Positions 26,129 to 36,192 of a DNA stretch of 64,000 nt are shown here, piece after piece. Position 1 is the first letter of the stretch. The number at the start of each line of letters is the position of its first letter. The translations under genes were made by a program, and so were the position numbers. Under the pieces are notes generated by a model. That model saw nothing but the letters and a program-made list of their open reading frames with translations, searched no databases and had not been told where the DNA came from. Source of the stretch: Carcharhinus longimanus (taxonomy: Eukaryota); contig JASCQW010000137.1 in assembly GCA_030264375.1 (NCBI GenBank), forward strand, positions 40,565,172 to 40,629,171, read 5' to 3'.

Positions 26129-26425
26129 TTAACATTCCAGGCAATGACCACACATGTTTACAACTTTAAGGTAAATGAGGCATGAGGCTATTTTTTGCCC
26201 CTGTAGCTAACTGCCTCTGTCTGAGAGTTGATAAGATAAAACAGCTTCTTACACCTTTAGCTAACTATTTACCCAACCCACCCTTTGATAAAAAGTAATT
26301 TACTCCATTTGTTCAGTTACAATTCGATTTTCAAGTGCTCCCCATCTTGGGACCAAGCTTCTGATATCCATTTGACAGGTGTCAGCTGTTTCTAGACATT
26401 CCATTAGGAGGTAATGTAGATTAGG
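26129..26425 (+). repeat. Left arm of 297-bp inverted duplication
   Basis: Reverse complement of 28224-28520 with about 14 substitutions counted by eye. Confidence 0.96.
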
Positions 26426-27197
26426 AGACCCGGATTCGAATCCACCCTCACAAGCCCTGTCCCCTTGGCACTGCCTGTTGCCCAGTGAGCAGTGCCAAGA
26501 TGCTTCTGGGGCATTGCCAATTTGCCCCGTGGTCAGTGACAGGGAACCAGGCTGGCATTGGCAAGGGGGCACCCCCCCCCTTCCATTACTCCTGACCATC
26601 CCCACTCCATCCCTGCCCTATCCCCAGCTATCTACCATGGCTAATCCAACAACTTCCAGCACAAAGCTTATGATTCCAAAAAAACTTGAAGCCAGAGACG
26701 CACGGAGGCCATGGCGTCCAGCGGGGATTCCGCTAAACGGACTCTGCTGATGTCTCCCAGCCCATTGGGCTGCTAGAGTAGTGCAGCAGGCTGGAAGAAT
26801 TGCCCCCTTTGATTTATGCAGGAACTAATTCGCACTTGAATTTTCTCTTTGTTTTGTGCTGATGTGGCTGATTTTGGGCCAATTGGAAAACTCTGCCTCT
26901 GTGTATGTGGGAAGATCAATGCCAAATTAAATTGATAGCAGGCAAGTGCAAAGTATTATGTCTGGAATAGTGGGTCAATGGTTATGGTAATGCAATAGTG
27001 GTGTGTATCATGATGTAATTAGCAATCATAATAAAGGACTGAGGAAAAAGATGGAATAATCTGTACCTTGAAGTTTAGAATGTTCTAGAGTGTAAATACA
27101 GGAGTTTTTCAAAAAAAAGTTTGAATTATACATAAATCACTCATAAGTAGTTGGAAATCTTTCTAATCCAGAATGGGCTGCAAATTCTCCATATAAT

Positions 27198-27543
27198 CCA
27201 TAGAATCCCTGTAGTGCAGAAGAAGTTGAGTCTGTGCTGACCCTCTGAAAGAGCACTCTTCCTAGGCCCACTGCTCTGCTCTATCCCCACCTATCTACCA
27301 TGACAAATGGAGTAAATCAATCATGACTAATCCACTTCACCTACATGTCTTTGGACACCAAGGGGCCAATTTAGCATGGCCAGTTCACCTAATTTGCACA
27401 TCTTCGGACTGTGGCGGGAAAGTGGAGCTCTTAGAGGAAACCCACGCAGATACGGGGAGAACGTGCAGACTCCGCACAGACCAAAATCAAACTGGGGCCC
27501 CCCGTGGGGTGAAGCAGTAGTGTGGACCACTGTGCCACCGTGC
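27198..27543 (-). mobile_element. HE1 SINE
   Basis: Tail catagaatccctgtagtgcag; body gaggaaacccacgcagatacggggagaacgtgcagactcc. Confidence 0.9.
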
Positions 27544-27905
27544 TACCCTAAATTACCAGAGGAAAGATCCAGATGGTATTTACAGTGGAAACCAAAACAT
27601 TCAGTCTCAGGACTAGCAGAAGGGAAATTTAGGAGCGGCATTAAGAAATTAGTTCTTCACACATCAACACATGGACTGGAATCTTCTAGCCTCCAACACC
27701 ACTGGGATCTTCCAGTCCAGTCGAAAGTCAGTGGATTTTTGGCTGGACCACCGCATCCTCCATAGTGGATCTCAAATTCTGACCATAGAATGGACTTCCA
27801 GCTCCGGTAGTGGAGGCAAAAACCTTGGAACCATTTAAGAAACAATTGGGTGCAGCAATAAGAGGACCTTAGAATCATTCTAAATGAATGGATTAAAATT
27901 TCCCT

Positions 27906-28047
27906 CAGTAAGAAGTCTCACAACACCAGGTTAAAGTCCAATAGGTTTATTTGGTAGTAAATGCCACTAAACCTGTTGGACTTTAACCTGATGTTGTGAG
28001 ACTTCTTGCTGTGTTTACCCCAGTCCAACGCCAGCATCTTCACATTA
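27906..28047. mobile_element. Family A fold-back element with hammerhead deleted
   Basis: cagtaagaagtctcacaacaccaggttaaagtccaa pairs with ttggactttaacctgatgttgtgagacttcttgctg; tail follows. Confidence 0.85.
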
Positions 28048-28223
28048 CAATTTCCTCAGAAGAGATAGCCTGTGAGTGGGTGATTCACAGAATTTTTGTT
28101 TTCGATAGATATCAGATTGTGGTGCTTATCCTGTACAATGTAAGGTTACACTAACCTGTGTGTTTATCCACCCAAATTGGGATTGTCCCTGAACAGTCTG
28201 TCGGATGTTTTACATAGCTGGGC

Positions 28224-28520
28224 CCTAATCTACATTACCTCCTGATGGAATGTCTAGAAACAGCTGACACCTGTCAAATGGATATCAGAATCTTGGTCCC
28301 AAGATGGGGAGCACTTGAAAATCGAATTGTAACTGAACAAATGGAGCGAATTATCTTTTATCAAAGAGGGGGTTGGGTAAATAGTTAGCTAAAGGTGTAA
28401 GAAGCTGTTTTATCTTATCAACTGTCAGACAGAGGCAATTAGCTACTGGGGTGAAAAATAGCCTCATGCCTCATTTACCTTAAAGTTGTAAACATGTGTG
28501 GTCATTGACTGGAATGTTAA
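28224..28520 (-). repeat. Right arm of 297-bp inverted duplication
   Basis: Reverse complement of 26129-26425. Confidence 0.96.
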
Positions 28521-28868
28521 TTTTAACTCTTAAGCTGCCAGCAGATTGAGGGAAATGTCCATCTTCTTAAATCGAGCAGTTTTCTAAGTCTTTAAATCAT
28601 GGAGAGATGTGGGCTATAATGCTGAGAATGTCATTGAGATATTCCTGATATTTATGCAGCTTTATTAATGTGATAGTAAACTTAAAATATTAAAAATGAA
28701 TGCCCAATTTCTCAAAAACCAAAAGGTAACCTTGTCTGATATTTTTCTTCATTTTTATTCTTTATCTTCCAATTTTGGAATGTAGACAAATTCATTTGTT
28801 ATCCTGCCGCCCCTGAGATTTGGATAGTTAGAACTACTTGAACTGTTGCAGCCTTTGTGATAATTCCT

Positions 28869-29152
28869 CACAGTGGTTAGCACTGCTGCCTCCCAGTGTC
28901 AGAGATCCGAGTTAAATTCCTGGCTTGGGCCGCTGTCTGTGTGGAGTTTGCACATTCTCCCCGTGTCTGCATGGGTTTCCTTTGGATGCTCTGGTTTCCT
29001 CCCACAGTCCAGAGATGTGCAAGTTAGATGCATTGGCCATGCTACTTTCTCCTTCAGTGTACCTGAACAGGCGCCGGAGTATGGCAACCTAGGGGATTTT
29101 TACAGTAACTTCATTGCAATATTAATGGAAGCCTACTTGTGACAATAAAGAA
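28869..29152 (+). mobile_element. HE1-like SINE with alternative tail
   Basis: cagtggttagcactgctgcctc...gcctacttgtgacaataaa. Confidence 0.92.
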
Positions 29153-29503
29153 AATTTAACGTTCAGAATGGTTTGAGGAAGAGAATTCTAGGATATTGGT
29201 GGAGGAACAAATTTGGACATGCACTTGCCATACTTGCATCTCGACGTTCATGATAATCACTCGGTACTGTAGATTGGAAATCTCATATTTTTAAACACAT
29301 ATTCTAACACATCGGCTTAGACGTTATGCTGAGGAAATGGTAACATTTGAGTGGTTTGAAATTCCTTCATTCATTATTTTAATAGCAGATTTAATTTATT
29401 TAATATAAATAACACCACCAGTAGAATTACAAACTAAAGCATTTCAGACGAATGTACTAAACGTTCACATGCTAATACTTCCAACTTCCGATTGTCTTTT
29501 CAG

Positions 29504-29527
29504 TGCTTGAGCTTGTATGGGTCTTTT
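29504..29527 (+). other. Candidate 24-nt microexon
   Basis: Branch-like gctaat, tract cttccaacttccgattgtcttttcag, donor gtaagt; frame-preserving length. Confidence 0.35.
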
Positions 29528-31204
29528 GTAAGTCCAGACAACAGCTAACAACTCTTATATGGCTCCAATTTCATTCCTTGTTCGTCTCTTGTGGGATGAT
29601 TTTTGGCCAGTGGCCAGCCTGCTACCCAAAACAGGATGAAAAGCGTGAAGAAACAGTTGTACCTCATTTTTTTGAGGGGGGGGGATCTCCCATGCCCATC
29701 GCCAGCACACTCCCCCACTCCAAAGATGATTACACCCTCTCTATGCCTCTCCCCAAGCTTCTTGAACCAGACCGACCACACCCCTCCTCACTCCCACCCC
29801 CGCACTTCCTTCCCACTCACTCCTCCCCACTCCTGCACTCACTAACGTCCTAAATCCCTCCTCGACAAGAGACGCTGGACTTGCTCCTTATCCATTGGCA
29901 GAATTTTCTGGCCTTTCCTGCTGGCGAGATCTTCCAGTCTCGCCAATAGCGATACTCGCACCCGGTTCCCCGAAGGCAATGGCCATCAAACAACATCAGC
30001 AGGACTGGAGGATCCTACCATCAACCAATGGGGAGCTATCTCCGGGGTGGGGGTGTGGTGGGAGAGGGATTGGGAGTTGGGGATGGTAAATCATGCCCTA
30101 TGCCTTTCCTTCTCGGGGCACTGGCCCCTACTGCATCCTGGCACTGCTGGGACCACTCAGCTGCCAACCAATGAGACCAGCCAGCAGGTCTCGAGGGTAG
30201 GGCTTCCTGTCCCTAAGGGGCAGAGGTCCCATTCTCAATTTGTTGAGGTCGCCCTGAGTGTGTTATCGCCATGGGTCAGCCCTTTTCAAAGTTGACAAGC
30301 TGCTGACTGACTTTTCTCTGAATGTTCCTGGTCTCATTATTCCCCAATGTCTAAAAAGGATTGTTCACAAATCGTCTAGTTCTGAAACTCCGTCAAAAAG
30401 GCTCAGAGAATTTCATGCCAAACATATATTTTTCCTCCAAAACAGTGAGCTCCCTATCAGACCCGGAAATATTGGCCAGGATTCTCTGACCTCGTCCACG
30501 ACTGGGATTCTCCAGTCCTGCTGCTGTGAATGGAGATTGGCCAGTGTGCCAAATTCTCCATTCTCGCTGACAGCAGTGGCAGGCTGTACAACATTAGAGA
30601 ATTCTGGCAATCATTCCCAAATCAGTCTCTCATACACAGAGAAGAGGAGACTTAGTATGCCATACAATAAACGTTCCCTCTTTCAGAACCAGAGGTATAG
30701 CTGTCATTTTAAAATGCCCATTGATTCAGTGAATAAACGCCAGGATTGATAATGGCCCAGAACCTGATGGAAAGGCAGTCACTGTAAGTATAATCTGCTC
30801 AAACCCAAAGTCAACACATTCAAAGAAGGGCTGAAATTCTCCGGTCACGGGCGCCACTGCCAGCGAGAAGGGAGAGTTTGGTGCTCAGCCAAATCTTCAT
30901 TCACAGCAGCTGGACTGGGGAATTCCAGCCACTATCTTCTGTCATGTACCACAGTGTTAACATAGTGGTTATCCTGGGAGCTCTGAACTGGTGCTGCCAT
31001 TCAGTGCTGTTTATAAAATGGAGAAAACAGTGGACATTTGCAATGAATATATATCAGACTGTCTTGTGTGTTGGATTAGATTACACAGAACATAGTGTTG
31101 CTCTGTTCACTCAAAGAGCAGCAATTAATTGCGCAACATGCAAAGGGAATGTTACCCTAGGAGATTGCCTTGCAAAGTATTTTATAAAGGGCAGCCTGAA
31201 AGAA

Positions 31205-31565
31205 TCATAGAATCATACATCGCAAAAGAGGCCCTTCGACCCTTTGAGTCTGCACCACCACACTAGAAACATCTGAATTCCCACCTTACCCCATCTGACA
31301 GCACTTGGCCCATAGCCCTGAATGTTATGATGTGCCAAGTGCTCATGTAGGTACTTTTTAAAGGATGTGAGGCAACCGGTCTCTACCATCCTCCCTGGCA
31401 GCACATTGCAGACCATCACCACCCCTGGGTAAAAAGGTTTTACCCCTCATGCCCCCCTAAATTTCCTGCCCCGCACCTTGAACCTGTGTCCCCTTGTGAC
31501 TGACCCTTTGACTGAGGGCAACAGCTGTTCCTTATCCACTCTGTCCATGTCCCTCATAATCTTCA
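31205..31565 (-). mobile_element. HER1/CR1 LINE 3' end
   Basis: Encodes VMVCNVLPGRMVETGCLTSFKKYLHEHL plus tail. Confidence 0.88.
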
Positions 31566-31754
31566 GAAAAAGACACTGACAATATATCTGCTGATACAGG
31601 AGATATTCTTTGTTTTCCTAGTCCAGCAGCAATCTCAAGTAGCCCCTAACTACAAACCATCCACTCCAGTAGCCTGTCTGATTCCTAGTAGCTGTCATTA
31701 GATAGAGCACAGATTATAATTCTCCCTGGTTCTCCATATAAATCGAAGAGACAA

Positions 31755-32150
31755 ATGACTTGCGTTTACTTAGCACCTTTCATGGCCTCAAGACACCCCA
31801 AAGGGCTTTCTGGTCAATGAAGTATTGCTGAGGTGAAGTCACTGTTGATATGGAGGAAAAGTGGCCACCATTTTATGCACAGCAAGCGCCCACCATGTGA
31901 TAATGTCTCTGTGATGTTGTTTGAAGGATAATATTGGCTAAGATAGCAGGGTTACTCTCTGCTCTTCTTCGGAAATAGTGCGATGGGATCTTTTATGCCC
32001 ATCTGACAGGGCTGATGGCTTAACTTCTCATCTAAAAGGATGACACATCCGATAGTGCATGACTCTCTCGGTGCTGTGCTGGAGTATCAGTGTAGATTTT
32101 TGTGCGTAAGTTTCTAGAGTGGGACTTAAACCCACAACCTTTCAACTGAG
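31755..32150 (-). mobile_element. Deu-domain SINE, near full length
   Basis: gggatcttttatgcccatctgacagggctgatggcttaacttctcatctaaaag...gtgggacttaaacccacaacctt. Confidence 0.8.
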
Positions 32151-32199
32151 CCGTAGTGGATATCATCACCCAGTTATGTGGACATCCAGAAATCTAGAC

Positions 32200-32558
32200 A
32201 TCACAGAATCACAGAACTGTTAAGGTGCAGAAGGAGGCCATTTGGCCCATCATGTCTGCACTGGCTCTCCGAATGAGTGTCATGATTTAGTACCTTTCCC
32301 CTAACTTTTTCCCACATACCCTTACACATTGTTTTTATTTGAATAATCGTCTTAAGGCCCTCTTCATTGAACCTGCCTCCACTACACTTCCAGGCAGTGC
32401 ATTCCAGACCCAAACCACTTGTTATATGAGAGAGTTTTTTCTCACATCGCATTTGCTTCTTTTTGCAAATCACTTTAAATCTTTGCCCTCTCATTTCTCG
32501 ATCCTTATACGAGTGTGAACAGTCCTTCCCCATCTACTCTGTCCAGCCCCCTCGTGAT
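32200..32558 (-). mobile_element. CR1 LINE 3' end
   Basis: Encodes RGQRFKVICK; tail cacagaatcacagaa. Confidence 0.85.
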
Positions 32559-33485
32559 GACACTAATTAATAAATAAATCTTGAATACCGATGAACATTT
32601 GTGCACCGTACAAAGACTCAATACCTGCATGGGACTGGACAATACAAGGTGAATCAATGCAGTACTCGAGTGAAGTTACCTCACCTGATACTCCATCGGA
32701 TGAAGTATAATCCCTGTGACAACTGTAATGTGATGTCATCTATCTACAGATGGTTCATTGTAACTTCTTTCACAAAAAGAAAGAGGAAATTAAAGATTAG
32801 GCTGCCAGATTACGACAGTCAACACACTGTGAACCTGGGAACAGTTTAAACATATATCAACAGTGATCGTTCAGAATCTGAGGCTGGAATTTTCCAGTCA
32901 CTCATGTCCCACTGCAAGCGAGGATAGAGAATTTGGTGAAATCTTGGTTCAGTGCAGCAGGACCAAAGAATTCCGCTGGCATGAACAGCTGGAAAATTCA
33001 TCCCAGTGTTGCTGTGGCAACCTACACTTTTACATATATGTTATATGATCAGTGATGATCGAGGCTCCAATGTTCTTTCCATCACACGGCTGACCAGGTA
33101 TCTCTCTCACTCTTGCCATTGGCGTGTGTTGGAGGGATTTGCTGGCTGATACCCAGTCTGTCTGACTGCATTACAAATGCACCTTTCTTGGCCATCAAGG
33201 GGGACTTGAACCTGAAGCTTATGCCTCAGAGGTAAGGACACTACCCACTGCAGACCTCCCGAAGCACAAAGGAAACTATATAAAATTTTATACGTATTTA
33301 ACTCATGCCAGTCATATTTCAGATGGCATGCTCCAAATGTCACACTTGCTTATGAATCCCAAAAACAAATGTTTATAAAGAAAGCGACAGTAAGCCAACC
33401 TTAAACCTGCCTGCTAGAATTGACAAGAAACGAAGAATTGCATAGAGATTTTGGCAGTTTGCAACAAACTACAATTACCGGGGTA

Positions 33486-33606
33486 AATGCAAAATACTGC
33501 CAATGCTGGAATCTGAAACAAAAACAGAAAAATCTCAGCAGGTCTGTCAGCATCTGTGGAGAGAGAATAGAGCCAACATTTCGAGTCAAGATGACCCTTC
33601 ATCAGC
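33486..33606 (-). mobile_element. Penelope-like family B fragment
   Basis: Body tctcagcaggtctgtcagcatctgtgg is shared with the 11820 and 35310 copies; ends at the hammerhead core. Confidence 0.75.
33571..33605 (-). ncRNA. Hammerhead ribozyme core (family B), stem I unpaired
   Basis: CUGAUGA-A-GGGUC aucuu GACUC-GAAA-UG-UU. Confidence 0.65.
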
Positions 33607-33724
33607 AGGCAGGACTTTGCTTTANNNNNNNNNNNNNNNNNNNNNNNNNNNNNNNNNNNNNNNNNNNNNNNNNNNNNNNNNNNNNNNNNNNNNNNNNNNN
33701 NNNNNNNNNNNNNNNNNNNNNNNN

Positions 33725-33906
33725 CTTTCGGGGTTAGCCCATTCATCAGATGAAGGGAGAGTTCTGGCCTCAGACAGAGCTTTATATAAGCACAGGCCAG
33801 AACTCTCCATTCACCTGATGAAGGGGCTAACCCCGAAAGCTAGTGAGTGTACTATCGAATAAATCGGTTGGACTTAAACCTGGTGTTGTCAGACTTTTTA
33901 CTCTGC
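33725..33906. mobile_element. Family A fold-back element with hammerheads on both strands
   Basis: Arms 33725-33770 and 33794-33839 are inverted; followed by aataaatcggttggacttaaacctggtgttg. Confidence 0.88.
33809..33848 (+). ncRNA. Minimal type-I hammerhead ribozyme, intact core
   Basis: AUUCAC-CUGAUGA-A-GGGG cuaa CCCC-GAAA-GC-UA^GUGAGU: 6-bp stem I, 4-bp stem II, palindromic AGCU in place of stem III. Confidence 0.85.
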
Positions 33907-35186
33907 CTTTGCCAGCAGTCTCTGCATCAGTCAGGACAATTGAAGAAAAGCTTAAGTCCAGCAGACTTCCTATTTTCTCTCAGTCGGAAAAAATCGAATG
34001 TTCACTATAGATGCACTGCAGACATCTATAATTCTATTATTTGCGCCTTTAATATTATATTGCGAGTGCCCTTGATTTGCAGTGAGCCGCTCCAATATTT
34101 CTCAGGTCGAGGTTCATTTGACAAATGTTTTATGACTCTGCCCCTTTAAATTATATGTTATCATTGAGGCTGACAGTTGAGGCTCAAGTTAGCTGCATTT
34201 TCAGTAGCGGTAGCTTTCTCCGGGGAGCTTGTGTACTCTTGCACAATCATGTTCTTCAATCCCAAAGGGAAAGTATGACTTAACTCAGTAACATGTTGCA
34301 GTTACTTTGATGTACTGTCACTTTCCTTCTGGTTATTTTGGTAACTTTAATTAGAATGATAAAAGTTCATAACAGTAACAAGGAGAGCTTGTAAAGACAT
34401 CAAAATTTTCATCAAATCTAAACAAAATTTTACTAGAATTGTGCAGTATATTTATAAAATCTAGTCTGTAGATTACATTTTTGATTAGTTTCAAGTACAC
34501 CTACAGCAGGAAAATGGGATATTGCCTGTAGAATGTGCTGACTTGTCATTTTGTCTGCGCCTCGTACATAAGTGTGCTCTGCCAGTTTATATTCAAACGA
34601 ATTAATTTATTTTTTTCTGTCTAACTTGCCGTGCTGTGCGATATGTCATTAGATTATGAAGTGCAAAGCTAAAACGGCATAGACAGTGAAAAGTGCAGGT
34701 TATTGTCGTTGCCCAGAAATCACTAACAATCTCTTACCTTTTGGCATCAGAATATTAGTATAGTCGACAGAATATCTTTATAAGGCTTGTTAGCATGGTG
34801 GGCATCATTTAGATGCTTCAGTTAACCTCAGGCAATGCACAAAGTAATAACATGGGGTTTAATTGTTTTGCCATCATTTTAACCAAAGATCTGTGGCAGC
34901 ACTAGAGAACCAGTAAAAGTGCACCACTTCTGTGGACCATTTGTCAGAATTGTAGTGGGCAATTGGGAGAACCTTTGGGGGAAGCCCTATGGGCTAGAAA
35001 TTCATCTTGGACAGTGGCACAGAACAGGTAGTAGCAGATCACCCCCACATTGTGCATGGTATCTGTATTAAACTCCATTGACAACTGAGTTGAGTATCAG
35101 ATTGCCAAGCCATACCAGCCATTTCACAACACCAACCAAGACAAAGATCTATGCACCATAATCAAAAAAAAATCTGACAGAGGATA

Positions 35187-35352
35187 AAAGAAAATTACTG
35201 TGGATGCTGGAATCTGGAACCAAAAGAGAAAATGCTGGAAAATCTCAGCAGCTCAACGCTTTGACAAAGGGAAATCTGGACTTGAAAATTCAACTCTTTT
35301 CTCTCCCCACAGATGCTGCCAGACCTGCTGAGGTTTTCCAGCATTTTCTCTA
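35187..35352. mobile_element. Family B fold-back element with decayed hammerhead
   Basis: agagaaaatgctggaaaatctcagcag / ctgctgaggttttccagcattttctct arms around ttgacaa-a-gggaa atctg gactt-gaaa. Confidence 0.75.
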
Positions 35353-35988
35353 TTGGCTTAAAAATCAGACAGTTGACACTAAACCTCCAGATATTTTATT
35401 AATCTGAAGTTGAGATGAAGGGAATAAAGTCAAGGAAATGGGTGCCATATTAATCAGCACCTGAAGGGGAATGAAAGGGAAACATTAAGGCGCGATGCTT
35501 CAACACACCCGATTTTCTGAGTTACTGTTGACCAGTCTTATTTAACAAACTCTATTTTGCAAAGCACAGTCTTACTCCCAGATATACCCATAGATTTTCT
35601 GCTTGGTTTCCATTGTTTTCTGTACTTCTAGATACTATAATGAAGCCTGGAGTTAGCTAACCTGCAGGAAATTGCCATCTTATCTTCCGATTTGGATTAC
35701 ATCCCTAATCTAAATTTCCATGTAAGTCCAAAAATAACACTGGTTCCTGATTTTCCGAGGCAGCAAACTCCAGATAAGAATCCAGTTCTCTGTACAAAAT
35801 CATCGTCTATCGTGCAACATGCATTGTTCATTTAATACTGGATGGCGCAGCAAGTAGATAAGGCAAGACCTGGCTGCTGTGTTAATGAAAAGCACAGAAT
35901 ATGCAAGAAATAGGTTTGAAAGTACGTGTCTGCTGCCCCCTGTATACAGTTATTTTTCATCAACCCTGCAGTGCCGAACTATGCATAT

Positions 35989-36192
35989 ACAGTAAGAAGT
36001 CTCGCAACACCACGTTAAAGTCCAACAGGTTTATTTGGAATCACGAGCTTTTGGACCGCTGCTCCTTCATCAGGTGAGCGGAGAAGTTGGTTTCACAAAC
36101 ACGGTATCTATAGACCAAGACACAGTTGCAAGATAATGGGGTTGGAATGCAAGTCTTTACAGGTAATCAAGGCTTCACAGGTACAGACAATG
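35989..36192 (-). mobile_element. Family A single arm with mutated hammerhead (36041-36077)
   Basis: Reverse complement: tcac-CTGATGA-a-GGAGC agc GGTCC-AAAA-GC-TC-gtga (GAAA changed to AAAA). Confidence 0.82.

Noticed and set aside
30258-30749. 163-aa ORF
   Set aside because: Crosses a MITE (about 30475-30610); no motif.
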